Positions 27,911-41,244 of a DNA stretch of 64,000 nucleotides are shown here, piece by piece; within the stretch, counting starts at the first letter, position 1; every line of letters begins with the position of its first letter. The DNA comes from Octopus sinensis (lineage: Eukaryota), in assembly GCF_006345805.1 (NCBI RefSeq), contig NC_042999.1:112592001-112656000 (forward strand). The letters run 5' to 3'. The notes under the pieces are model-generated. The model was given only the letters and a program-made list of their open reading frames with translations. It was not told the origin of the DNA and ran no database searches. Both the position numbers and the translations under genes were made by a program.

Positions 27911-28701
27911 TAGATTTGTGACCAAACAAATAATAAGGTGTTATATCTGTGTGCATGTGCATGTGTATGTGTGTATGTATGTATGTATGTATGTATGTAT
28001 GTATGTGTATGTGTATATATATTTATATATATTTATAGTGAATCCAAACAAAGAACAAACAAGAAAAAACAATAATGTGATACAAGTACTGTATTATCAG
28101 ATGCTCAGGAAAGGAAAGAAAGAGGATTTTTATGTTTCGAACAAAGCTCTTCTTCAGAAAATATATATATATATATATACACACACATATATATATGTAA
28201 CTACACATGTGGTATTGGTAATTTTTTTATTTTTTGGGACTTTTCTGTTTTCCTATTCAACAAAGAGCTACACTTGGAACATCAAAAACTTACTGTTTAC
28301 TAAGTGCCAAACTAATACATTCTGTTGTTATGTGTTATTGTTATTTGTAATGTTCATTTATTCGATTTGACAATATATATATATATATATAAATATATCT
28401 TTATTATATATATATTAAAGGCATTGCTCCAGCATGGTGACAGTCAAGTGACTGAAACAAATGTATATATATACACATATTATATATATATCGTATACCT
28501 ATGCTCAAATATATATATCATATAAACATATATATACATAGAAGTAGATATAGCTATATATACATATAGGTGTATAAAGTTAATCCTAACAAGAAAGCAC
28601 AAAAAAACGCAACTACGTGAGGATGTGGAACAAGTGTATACATCTCTATATATAGGTATGTATACATACCTTTATATATATATAAATATATATATATATG
28701 C

Positions 28702-28732
<31 letters not shown>

Positions 28733-29170
28733 TCTATATATATATATATAATATATATATATATATTATATATATATATATAAATATATATATATATAAT
28801 ATATATATATATACATATACATCAAGATTTGATTGGTCAGGAATGAAAACATTATGTACAGAACACATCATGTACAGAACACATGGTCTTTTATCTATTC
28901 ACATCCAAAACACACATTACGTTTTCATATCTCCATTTTGGTGTGTAAATGACTCTTGTTGAAATTATAGTGTCGATAAATATATGACTAAATGCAAGAA
29001 ATGCATTCACTGATTCTGCAAAAAAGCACTTTGGAAAGACTGTTGTTCTTTAACAGCTATTGCTTAAATCAAAAAATGTTCTGAATGGCAATTAGCAGTG
29101 AATATGGCCTTTGTACAGATCAAATATGTCCCAAACATATTTGAACTTATCTAAATGCTTGTTTACTCAC

Positions 29171-29249
29171 AGCACTGCTTTTGTGTTCCAACTACAATAT
29201 TTTGTTTAGCCAGGGCTGGTGTCATGCATGATCGATTCATGTTTTGATG
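29171..29249 (-). other. Candidate 79-nt exon
   Basis: Acceptor tttgtttcctcattgtaaatcAG and donor GCT|GTGAGT; only frame 0 is open (HQNMNRSCMTPALAKQNIVVGTQKQC). Confidence 0.3.
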
Positions 29250-29759
29250 CTGATTTACAATGAGGAAACAAATGTTTTCAAAGTCATTTCTGGATTGCTT
29301 CTCTTGTGATACATGGAGCTGATGATAGCCATGAAGCTAGAAATATATTCAGTAATCCAGCAAGACTGAAACAACTACTGGTGTTTTTCAGCAACTACTG
29401 CCAAAAGTGAGAAAGATTCTCAGGGGCAATTAGAAGTGAATACAGGTTAAATACACCCCAAACATTTTTGAACTGATCAACATATATAATTGTTTTTGAA
29501 ATGTAGGACCATCTTCAGAGAATGGCAAATCTATTTTCTAAGAAATAAAAAAATGTTAGCTAGTTAGTAGAGTTGGTAGATCAAATTCTTCAATAAATAT
29601 TGGTTGGAAATGTCTGTACACTAATTTTGATCATTTGCAACCAAGAATCAAAGGAGGTTAAGCATGATATAAATGAATATACAAGTTCTGATCAACTTCA
29701 AAAGCTCACAAAACCTTACTGGAGCAATACTTAATCAAGATAACAGAAGGAAAGTCCAT

Positions 29760-30140
29760 CCAACTGGTAGCATAAGGCATAAGACCCAACTGGTACACAT
29801 TTTGTAGTATGGGCCATCTGTAGAGAGCTCAAAAAACATACAAAGGGAGAGCAACAGAGCAAGAAGCAACAAATATTGGTGCCAGAAGCTTCTGTTTGCA
29901 GAACACCACCAATCGCAGTATTCTTACTAACTTTAAGTATGAAATTCTCAATTGCTGCAACAAAGTAGTTAGCAAAATCATGATGCTGCCAAATAACACT
30001 GAAGCCTTGGGATCTGTGACAAAGAATTTGAGATCCAACCTTTGAAAGCTAGACATTGATCTAGAACTGTATGTAGTGCAGAAAACCCACTCACCAGGCC
30101 CAGTAAGAATTATCCAGAAGGTACTTGAAACAAAGATGAG
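29760..30140 (+). mobile_element. Highly decayed RLE-type LINE C-terminal fragment
   Basis: EALGSVTKNLRSNL*KLDIDLELYVVQKTHSPGPVRIIQKVLE resembles GALG...QK..LLGTARI.RKVL. Confidence 0.6.
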
Positions 30141-31153
30141 AACAGATACGAGTAACATAAACGGAATTTTATAAAAGGAACAAATATTGCTCCTTATTCT
30201 ACTCCATTAGTTGTTGTCTAATAAGAAGCATAAATAAACTGGTTGATTATTTAAGTCTTTTATCAGTTCTTCATATATTGTATGAAGAACTATGAAAATC
30301 ATGAAGGTAGGTGAGGACTCAGATTTGAAAGTTTTGCTTGTGTACCCCTTAAGTTTATGTTTCTTTTTTGGAAATTATACTTGAAACAACATTCTTGAAA
30401 TTATATTCAAAATAACATTGCTTTACAACAAAATTTAAGACAATATTTTAAAAAATAATTTACAAAAAATAAGTTACCTACAAATATTCGTTTATTTCCT
30501 TTGACTAAAATTTAATATTAATAATAATGAAATTTTATTGTTAAAAATCAATTATTTTACAGAACTTTTTTTGTTTTTGTTTATTTTTTTATTTGTTGTT
30601 TGTTTGTTTTGACAGTTATTCTGTGTAGAGATGTAAGATATTTCCATTTAACTGGAAATAAAATATAATAAAGTGTAGGAACATATATGTAATGATACAG
30701 ATGCACAGAATATTAAACCTTTTACATATTATAGATTTGAAACAACATCTCAAAACCTGATAACTAACCATATCTTAAAGCCATGCTGATAACATTTATC
30801 TTCATAAACTAGCCAATCCACATTATAAACAAACCAAGTTGTTTTAACCAAAGCACCAAGATTTTGTCATCGTTTATTTCCACAAATAAAGGTTATACCT
30901 GCAGAGAATGTTTAAAAAAAATAAATAGAAACTCTTTGAAAACTGCTGTTCCTGCCAACAAAACAATAACCGTTCTGATGAATATTTGAATTATATCAAG
31001 TGCTGACTTCACAATAGCCTTATCGGTGAGAGTGCAATAGCAATACAGGAATTACTTCACTGCCTGCTGGCTGTATCAGCATTGATAATCCATTATGACA
31101 GCATGTAGCGGACATATGAGATATTGGTTGTCCATGAAAGGAAAGACACATAC

Positions 31154-31204
31154 TGATTGCTGGAAATATCAGAAAATCATGTACATGGCACTTATTAAAC
31201 TGGT
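31154..31204 (-). other. Candidate 51-nt exon (phase 1-1)
   Basis: Pyrimidine tract ending caacAG and donor TCA|GTATGT; only one frame is open (DQFNKCHVHDFLIFPAI). Confidence 0.3.
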
Positions 31205-31974
31205 CTGTTGCCACAGATGTTAGGAAGAAAACAAGAGGAAAAATTCAATTAATGCAGTCCATTCACTCATCATTTCTCACACAAATTATCACCAATTATA
31301 ACAAGTCAAGTCAAAGTCTCAGAGTCGTGACTGTTAGACAAGTGACTAAGAATGGAAAAACATCTGTTTATTTGGATCACGTTTATTACTTGTCGAAATG
31401 ATAATGAGGGTAAGAAATAAATTAGTCTGAGTATTAAATCAGTCACAGACGATGCTGGAAAAATGGCAAAAGTTCTATTTTGGTTGATTTGACAAAATTA
31501 ATGTTTTATATACGGCAATGGAAATTAAGTACATGGCTATTAAAGACAAACAGTGATAATCTGGTTGAGTGAGAACATGATATATATAAAACCAGTTGGC
31601 TAAATGTTGCTTATAAATCTCAGTTGTCTGATATATTGGCTTCTAATGATTCACAATATTTCTATTCAGATATTTCTTAAAGTATGCGACATATGGCTCA
31701 CCAGCTAAATTAGTATCATCTTCAAACATATTTTTCTTTTCACTGTTTCCATTGAGAATGACATGTATGAATGCATTTGCATGTCTCTGTATGAATGTAC
31801 GTATTTGCATCTAGATATTTGCTTATATTTGCTTATATATATGTGTGTGCATGTGTTTCCCTGCTGTTGTTGTTTAGCCCAAGTCAACAGAGAAGCCATA
31901 CAGCAAAAGTGCTCCAGCTATGACCTTTCCATTTTTTATTATTATTGTTGTTGTTGTTGTTATCATCATCATCA

Positions 31975-32036
<62 letters not shown>

Positions 32037-32039
32037 ATT

Positions 32040-32230
32040 ATTAAGGTGGTGAGCTATTAGAATTGTTAGCATGTTGGGTAAAATGCTTAGGCATTTCGTC
32101 CATCTTTACACTCTGAGTTCAAATTCCACCAACGTCATTTTGCCTTCCATCTTTTTGGGGTTGATGAAATAAGTACCAGTTGAGCACTGGGGTCCCCACA
32201 AATTTCAGGTCTTGTGCCTATAGTAGAAAG
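32040..32230 (+). mobile_element. SINE family A
   Basis: aaggtggtgagctattagaattgttagc...ctgagttcaaattcc, directly after (ATT)n. Confidence 0.8.
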
Positions 32231-32277
32231 GATCATCATCATCATCATCATTATTATTATTATTATTATTATTATTA

Positions 32278-32764
32278 AGTGAGAGAGCAGTTCATGCCAT
32301 CAAAGTGACACTGGGGTAAAATATACGAAGCCCAATATACCCATCATGACTACCCGTCTGATAAAGGTACACCAGGCACATGCATCACAACCATATGTGC
32401 GCGACATGGTGATCTCATATCAAGATAAACAGCACATGACCTTGCAGGTGGAGCCCAGTTAGAATTTTCTTCAGGTTGAGTAGCCCATCCTGCTCAAAAG
32501 GTCCCTGAATAAGGGTTGCTTTAGGATGTTGAACGAAACACCTATGTTTCCAGAGGTGAATTATTCAAACCCCAAAGAATCCCTCTCAACACATGGCCAT
32601 GATGCTCCCCCACTACTTCTGCTCGTGATCAGAGATGCACATATCGTCAGCCACTAAGGGACATGCTCAACTGGTTAAGGCCAAACAACTGACAAGCAAA
32701 TCTGTGGTATTGAGCAGAATATTTGCTGTAGCCCATCTTTTATACCAAGACAAAACAATGTACA

Positions 32765-32765
<1 letters not shown>
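32278..32765 (-). mobile_element. ~490-bp non-coding retroposon-like repeat flanked on both sides by (TTA)n
   Basis: Same family as 9821-10182; (ATT)n lies at about 32250-32277 and 32766-32797. Confidence 0.8.
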
Positions 32766-32795
<30 letters not shown>

Positions 32796-32797
32796 GT

Positions 32798-33345
32798 ATG
32801 AAAACTCACAGCTTATTTTGCTGGGTATGATGGAAAGTGTCAGCTGTCCACAGCTAGCAAACTGAGGTAACACTTGTTTACTGATCATGCTTCAAGGACC
32901 CAGCGAAGAATCCTTGCAGTTCCAAGTAATGTTGATTTTTGTTGGTGTTCTACCTTCACACTTGCACCAATCTTTTTCAGCCATGTTGGTTGTTGAGTGC
33001 TGATACTTCCAAGTGCACCAATTACTATTAGTATCACGTCTACTTTCTGCATTGACGACAACTTTCATATTTCCCATTTTAAATTGTCATAATTGTTTAT
33101 TTTTACTTCTTCTTTCTCATTGACCCTGTTGTCACCGAGGCAAGCTATGTAGATTATCATACATGTTCATTCTTTTTTATTCACCACAACAATGTCCAGT
33201 TTTCAATGTCTGGTTGGGTGATCACACTGGATCATTACATCCCACAGGATTTTGCAATTCTCGATTTTGGTGACTACATCTGGAGTTTGTTCATAACATG
33301 TCTTTGCTTTTTGTAGGCCATGATTTCCACAGAGCTGCCTAGGGA
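32798..33345 (-). mobile_element. RLE-type LINE 3' fragment
   Basis: KILWDVMIQCDH...KLDIVVVNKK...IACLGDNRVNEKEEVKINNYDNLKWEI...VIGALGS...STLLGTARILRWVLEA*; ends at (AAT)n. Confidence 0.9.
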
Positions 33346-33381
33346 TCATTGTTTATTATTATCATCATCATCATCATCATT

Positions 33382-33416
<35 letters not shown>

Positions 33417-33744
33417 TATTATGATATATACCATTGACTACATGGAGCAATATGTCTTTCTTTAAGTCTGAGAAAGAGGAACGATATTTAACGGATATTT
33501 CTAGCAATGTATCAGTGTTCACCTACTCTGCTATTGGGGTCTGAGAAAAGCATAAAAACTGAAAATTATTCTAAGTCACTGTAACCTTTTGTCTTCACAT
33601 TTGTTTAAGACATGCTATCATATTCTGGAGGCTTCAAGGTTATAATCTAATTGACATCACCTTCTGCTGAATCATTTCCCTTGTTCCTACTGACAATCCC
33701 GAGAATCTTAGGAAAACATACATACATATTCATACATACATACA

Positions 33745-33778
<34 letters not shown>

Positions 33779-33925
33779 CACACACATACATATATATATA
33801 CATATATATAGGGAGAGAGAGAGAGAGAAGTTACAAGTTAGAGGTTATGCAACCATCTAAGTGGTAAATGTATCCATAGACACTACTTCTAATTGTAATA
33901 TGTTGCTCCATTTCTTCTCTTACTT

Positions 33926-33974
<49 letters not shown>

Positions 33975-34534
33975 TATGTATGTATACATATACATATGCA
34001 CACACACACACACACAGGAATAAATGCTTGTTTTTATGCCTAGTTATAATAAAGATTAAACTGAAAAAACTACTCACAAAATTTTTTGTAGAGAACGTAT
34101 TTATTATACATTTAGAAGAGGGTGACAGTAGCTTCAAAGTTTCAACCTACTAGTCTTTTTTTCAGAATGTCTGAACAAAGGCTAGCAAACCAAAACCTCA
34201 AAATTAATATCACTATTTTTCTAATAAAAACATATAAATATACATACATACAGACATACATCAGACATACTCACATAAACACATACATATATGTACATAT
34301 TCTTTTCTACTCTAGGCACAAGGCTCGAATTTTTGGAGGAGAGGGCCACAGTTGATTAGATCGACTCCAGTACGCAACTGGTACTTAATTTTTTAACCCC
34401 ACAAAGATGAAAGGCAAAGTCAACCTCAGTGGAATTTGATATACGTATATATTATATTTTGTTTTTGCCAAAAGAACACACACTCTATATGTTCGTTCTT
34501 CACACATTATTGTTCTTATTTTATCTTATGGCCA

Positions 34535-34580
34535 CTGTCTAGAAATCTTTCATCACACATCTGTGACTTCTTCAGTGACC
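34535..34580 (-). ncRNA. Minimal hammerhead-like motif, tandem copy 1
   Basis: CUGAAGA-A-GUCACA-GAUG-UGUGAU-GAAA-GAUUUC-UA-GACAG; 6-bp stem II; stem I is weak. Confidence 0.55.
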
Positions 34581-34837
34581 TTCTCCATCAACGTGTATCC
34601 TCCTGCTCAACCTGGGCCATATGTATGTGTACATATATACATACATATACGTTTATCAATTCATTTTGCAAGATTCCTGATGTGAAATTGTGTGTTGAAA
34701 CAGATATTGTTGTATTTCGGGATGGTCATTTTATTTATTTATTTTTTCTTTTTTTGCCAAATAAACATATGCACTACATATATATTTTTTTCTTCACTCA
34801 TTTATTACAGGTCTTATTTATTTTATTTTATGTCCAT

Positions 34838-34882
34838 TGTCCGGAAATCTTTCGTCACACATCTGTGACCTCTTCAGAGACA
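34838..34882 (-). ncRNA. Minimal hammerhead-like motif, tandem copy 2
   Basis: UGUCU-CUGAAGA-G-GUCACA-GAUG-UGUGAC-GAAA-GAUUUC-C-GGACA; perfect 6-bp stem II and a 5-bp stem I; lies 302 nt from copy 1. Confidence 0.65.
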
Positions 34883-35314
34883 CTTTTCATTTCTGTGTGT
34901 GTTCTTGTTCCACTTACTCCATTCTTTTCCTCTAAGATGTTTATACGTGCATGCATTTGTGTCCTTGTTTGTGTATGTGGAAGGGTGGATGTATGTATGT
35001 GTATGTGTATGCTTGTGTGTGTGTGTCATAGTTTTTAGCAGCAGTGTGGCCTTCCACTCAGCCCCATCTTCTCATCCCAATGTGCTGCTGCTACCAAGAA
35101 AAAAGGAATAAGACTAGTAATAAACAAGTGGAGAAAAAAAAACATATATAGTTTGTGTGTTTATTTGGCTAAAAACATAAATAAATAAATAAATTACCAT
35201 CCCGAAATACAACAATATATATAAACAATATGTGTGTGTGTGTGTGTTTGTGTGCACACATATATATATATATATGTATATATGCGTGTGTATGTATATA
35301 TATATATATATATA

Positions 35315-35525
35315 TCATCATCATCATCATCGTTAAAGGGCCGCTTTCTGTGCTAGCATGGGTTGGACGATTTGACTGAGGACTGGAGAAGCAAATAGCT
35401 GCACCAGGCTCCAATCTTGATCTGACAGAGTTTCTACAGCTGGATGCCCTTCCTAATGCCAACCCCTCCAAGAGTGTAGTGGGTGCTTTTATGTGCCACC
35501 GGCATGAGAGCCAATCAGGTGGTAC
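35315..35525 (-). mobile_element. RTE-type 3' UTR fragment ending in (GAT)n
   Basis: Contains ctggatgcccttcctaatgccaacc; same family as 39240-39612 and 42425-42740. Confidence 0.75.
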
Positions 35526-35859
35526 TGTATGTATATATGAAACCAAGTGGTTGGGCTCACATTTATAAGACCGTCGTTTCCATTTCCAGACATGGTTGTG
35601 TATTACGACTTTGAGCAAAAGACTTCACTTCAAATTGCTCTGGTCTTCCTTCCAACCTGAAAAGAAATGCAAACAACAGCTAGGGAGCTAATTCTGCTAT
35701 GGACTGCCTTCTCATTCAAAAGATAATATTACATTCTTGAACATTTATATGCCTTGGAAGCCAGGATAAGCTCCAGTTTAATAAGGCTGTTGGCTTATGA
35801 CAAACCTAAGACCCAAGCTAGATCAATGCCTGAACCAACTGCAGTGATTAATAAAAATT

Positions 35860-36075
35860 CTTATATTTACCATTTTCCAACCTAAACAAGGAGGCCATCT
35901 AGAAGAGTTGCAGGAAGCCATGGTTGAAGCCAATGGCGATTTTATTAAATAGATTTACTCTTTAGTATTTCAAGATATTTTAAAGTAGTTTTGGTAAATA
36001 TATCTGTTAAAATGAGATGTCAGTGCTATTTTCATTTTTGATTAATTTAGATGATAGTTTTTTCACCACACCCTG
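35860..36075 (+). mobile_element. Tc1-like transposon 3' end
   Basis: FSNLNKE...AMVEANGDFIK* followed by a terminal ...ttttttcaccacaccctg TIR-like end. Confidence 0.65.
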
Positions 36076-36146
36076 TGTGTATGTGAGTTTGTGTGTATAA
36101 TGCAACAAAAGCATATACATAATCATGCAGACACATATATAAATAT

Positions 36147-36262
36147 TTTGTGTGTGTAGTTTGTGGAGTTTGGGGTGAGTATATGTGTGTGTGTAGTTTG
36201 TGGGGGTTGGGGTGAGTATATGTGTGTGTGTAGTTTGTGGGGGTTGTGGTGAATGTGTGTGT
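36147..36262. repeat. Minisatellite, ~38-bp unit x3
   Basis: tgtgtgtagtttgtgg(a/g)g(t/g)ttggggtgagtata repeated. Confidence 0.85.
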
Positions 36263-36519
36263 GTGTGTGATATCTGTGTGAGTTTTCAAGTGTCTGTGTG
36301 TCACTGTGTATAAGCATGCCTGCTGTTCTTATATGAATGCATGTGCAGTTTTAATTACATGTATGTCTGTTACTATGATGCTTTGGTGATCTCTACAGAC
36401 AACAGTCCTGAATGTTACTGTGTTGGCTGAAAGTTCCAGAAGAAAATCCTTGTCTTATATCTTCATAATATTCCTGGAGGCTTCATTACATTTATACTTC
36501 CTTCCTTCTTTCCTACATA

Positions 36520-36646
36520 TCTACATACATTATACATACATATCTTCCTACATAGAATTACACGTGCACAGACGCACACATGTATATCTATGTAAATTTA
36601 TACATATATATATATAGATGTACACACATACATATATACATAATAC

Positions 36647-36683
<37 letters not shown>

Positions 36684-37825
36684 CATGTATGTATGCAGGT
36701 ATGTTTGTATGAAGGTACACAGGTAGATATGCATGTATATATGGATGCTTACATATACATATACATATACATACGCATGCAAGCATAGCTACATATACAT
36801 ACATGTATACACTTGAACTTGTGTGTACACACACACACACATATAATGAAAAAATAGGCATATGTGTGTATATATGTATTTATGTATGCATGCATGTATG
36901 TACGTATGTATATATAAATAGATACATACATACATATATACATTCATACATACATGCATACATGTGAGTGAGTGAGTGTGTGTATGTACGTTTATACATA
37001 CATAAACACATATGTATACATGTAGGCATGAGCATACATAGATAAACACACACATACGCACACATACAGACAGATACTTACATGTACATGTATAATCCCA
37101 TTCACTTATACATACACCCCAAAGTCTCAAAGCCATAAAAGTATATACAGAAACACATGAATATTCATATACATTTATATATACATTTACAAACATGCGT
37201 GCACACACACACACACATACACACATACGTGCACACACGCACACAAATATATACACACATGTGTGTGAAGATGCACATACATACACAGAGCCAGTCTGGT
37301 CTTCATTTTATGGTGATAATTAGGAAAAACAATCATCAGGGCTCGGAGGCAGAGCATGGATAGTTTCATAAAAGTATCAGTTTTGTTAATGAGATGAATG
37401 TAAATTATGGCACTACACAACCCCTAATGGCACTGTGAACAGTGGCAGGATGGAGAATCACTTTGGAAATTACAGAAGAAATTATAAATACACACACACA
37501 CATGTCTACACACACAACACACTCATACACACATATACAAACACAATAACACACATACACTCACACACACACACACATACAAATACAATGACACATATTT
37601 TCATTTATATATCTACTAATCTCTCTCTCTCTCTCTGCATATATATATTGTGTGTGTACACACATACATATATATATATATGTGTGTACACACATACACA
37701 CACACACACAACACACACACACACACCAACACACACACACCACACACACCACAACACACACACAAAATATATATATATATATATTATAGATATATATATA
37801 TATTTATCTACCGCATCATCTTTAT

Positions 37826-37856
<31 letters not shown>

Positions 37857-38084
37857 AATACACATACATTCATGCACACACACATACACACAAATCCATT
37901 AAATAATCAAGTATATCTAAATATATATAAACATATTTGTATATACACATACATATTTGGATGTGTGTGTGTGTATATATATATATATATGCTCACAAAA
38001 AGCATATACACACATATACATAGACACATCTACCTACATACAAATACTTTTATACATTATAGATGTCACATCTATAACATTCAC

Positions 38085-38140
<56 letters not shown>

Positions 38141-38153
38141 ATATATATACATA

Positions 38154-38220
<67 letters not shown>

Positions 38221-38424
38221 TATATGTATACATATACATAAACATCTAAATACATATATAAAACATCTACATTATGTGTGGGTGTGGTGTGTGTGGGTGT
38301 GTACATATATGCGTGCATGTGCATGCTTGTGTTCATATGTATACATACATATCTACACCTATCTATTTATTCATCTCTCTTTCTCTGTTATATATATATA
38401 CACACATATATACATACATATATA

Positions 38425-38476
<52 letters not shown>

Positions 38477-38558
38477 ATATATAAAATAAATATTTAAATA
38501 TATATGTATATATATGTATTTATATATACATGTGTATGTGTGTATATATATACATATG

Positions 38559-38589
<31 letters not shown>

Positions 38590-38630
38590 TGTGTGTGTAC
38601 ATATGTAAGTATTTATGTATACCCAATGTG
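36520..38630. repeat. (TA)n/(CA)n/(TACA)n microsatellite block
   Basis: Visible simple repeats, interrupted by a short unique stretch at about 37290-37490. Confidence 0.9.
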
Positions 38631-39239
38631 CACTGAAAATATTGTATACACAGTATGTGTGCCTGTGCTAGCTAGTAATATGTGAAATGTAATAATGATA
38701 ATAATGATAAGAGCAATGATGTGACATGGAAAAAAAATTAATTAAATGAAAAAGAGAAGCAAACGGAAAACAAGAAGAAAATAGAAATAGAAGGTATGAA
38801 GGATAATGAGAGGCTAGAAATGGTGGGAGAGTAAGTGATTAATGTAAAATAATAATAGAACAATAAACTAATAATAATTAATCAATCAGAAAAAAATATG
38901 TAATTAAGCAATAAAAGGCAACAGCAATCATAAACATAAATACATTCCCATAATTAACACCAACAACAGCAACGATGCTGACAACAACAACAACAGCAGC
39001 AGCAGCAACAACAACAATGACAGTGGTAATAGCAATAATAGTTGCAATAATACAAATAACAAAAATAAGAACAACTATAATAATAATGATGATGATGATG
39101 ATGATGATGATACAAATAATAACATTAATAATATATTGGTTATCTATTACATTGTTTGGTTCACTAACACAATAATTTCAGAACACAGAGATGTTCACTC
39201 ACACACATACACACAATATATATATATATACTAGCTGAA

Positions 39240-39612
39240 GGTGACCCGCTCTATGCACGGGTAAGAGTGTGGTTGTTACTTTCTGTTGCTTCCTTTTCAG
39301 CACGTAAAAAACAGCATTCGAATGTGGCCGATTGTTGCAGCGCCGCCTTGACTGGCTTCTGTGCCGGTGGCACGTAAAAAGCACCAACCGATCGTTGCCG
39401 CTGCGAGCCCCCCTGGCACCTGTGCCGGCGGCACGAAAAAAGCACCCACTACACTCACAGAGTGGTTGGCGTTAGGAAGGTCATCCACCTGTAGAAACAC
39501 TGCCAGATCAGACTGGAGCCTGGTGCAGCCTCCTGGCTTCCCAGACCCCGGTCAAACTGTCCAACCCGTGCTAGCACGGAAAACGGACGTTAAACGATGA
39601 TGATGATGATGA
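39240..39612 (+). mobile_element. RTE-type 3' UTR with internal ~65-bp repeats and a (GAT)n tail
   Basis: gtgccggtggcacgtaaaaagcacc is repeated, and the same motif appears in the RTE tail at 14288-14320; ends ggacgttaaac(gat)n. Confidence 0.75.
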
Positions 39613-39713
39613 TGATTCTCCCTCTTTGTTTCTCTCTCCTTTCTCTCTCACTTTCCCACTCTCTTACTTTTCTTTTCTCTCGGACTCTCCCTCGCTTTCT
39701 CTTACTCTCTATT

Positions 39714-40263
39714 TTTATCTATATCTCTCCCATTTATAAACAACAAAAGATCTTGAGTAAGTTGAGAAATAAAATATTTAGAAAGATCAATCATAAATAT
39801 CAGGCAGTGGCAACGGAAAAGTCTGCTTCAAGGCAGACAGCAAAACGCTAACATTTAAAAGGGACAGACGAACTTGCGAGCTGAATAAAAATAATAAAAC
39901 ATTGGAAACCAAAGTTTGAAGGGATAGAATCTGAGGATAGTAGAGTCACCATGGCTGGCATTTTTTAACGACGGACAAACGGCTGGCGTAAAATTTTGAA
40001 CTTGATGTAAAAGAAAATTCGTAAACACCAAGTTTTGAAGTGATTCTTTCTCACGACAGTAGACTCACCATGGCAAGCATTCAAAACTTCTTCATTGTGG
40101 ACGGCAACACATTGACGATTAAAAGGCTGGCGCAAATTTTTTAGCTTGATGTAACAGAGAATTCCTAAACACTCGCTCATTTAAATTTTAATCCCCTTCC
40201 AGCCCCATTTAGACCCCTTTTCACATTTTGGTTAATATAACCCGATTTCATTCGGGTCTACTA
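39714..40263 (-). mobile_element. Non-autonomous Helitron/Helentron-like element with ~128-bp internal tandem repeats
   Basis: Terminal hairpin ACCCGA-TTTCAT-TCGGGT next to CTACTAG; the other end is atctatat; internal duplication 39930-40030 vs 40058-40170. Confidence 0.5.
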
Positions 40264-40411
40264 GGGCCACATTTTATAAGATGAGGAATTTTGTCCTAGA
40301 GGTCACGCCTTTCATTTGAGGAAAAAAATAGTTGTCATGCAAACTTGCCAGCACTTTTAACATAGGTGTGCATATTTTCAGCTGAACCGACCGACCACAT
40401 AATGCACACAT

Positions 40412-40447
<36 letters not shown>

Positions 40448-41244
40448 ATATATATTATATATAGTGTGTGTATATATATGTGTGTGTATGTGTGTGTGTG
40501 CACGCATTATATATACAAATGTACACAAATTATATATATATATATATATATATATAAATTAAATTAGAGATAAAACCACTAATAGGCAAATCAGACAGTG
40601 AAAAACCAAAAACAAAACATAAAAATAAAAATATAATATAGAAAATATAGAAAATAGAAAATAGAAAAATTTAAATTATTTAAATTTAAAATAAAAATTA
40701 TTAAATTATATTTATAATTTGTTTAGAAATATATATAACTATCAAAAAGTATTAAAAAGTTTAATATACATAAATACAGATATATACACTTTGTATATAT
40801 ACATTATATATACATATTTATATATAGAACACACACACACACACACACATATAAATGAACGCAAGAAATATCTGATTCCTAATATTTGTTCTCATGATTG
40901 TGTGTTGTTTGTGGCGATGATAATTCTCTCTATGAATGCAGACAGCGAGATAAAGAACGCCGTTTGACGAACTTATAAAGGAAAGTGAAGGGGAGTTAGA
41001 GGGGAATGGAAGAAATAGCGTGAGTGAGGAAGACAGATACGTAAAAGAATGGGAGTGGACTTGTTAAAGTGGGTTTTTGGCCCTAGCAACGACACCTTTT
41101 AAGATAGGATTTCTAACGTAGCCCACGGGCATCGTCACCTCATTTTATATGTCCCTGTAAATTTTGGAGTCAATCCGACGGGATGTAGTGGCCTTGAAAG
41201 CGATTCAAGCGGTCCAAACGCATTTCAGTTTTATATATAGAGAT

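Noticed and set aside
37289-37344. GAGCC-CUGAUGA...GAAG...GGCUC on the minus strand
   Set aside because: The 5-bp stem I fits, but the core reads GAAG, there is no NUH triplet in register and no credible stem II.
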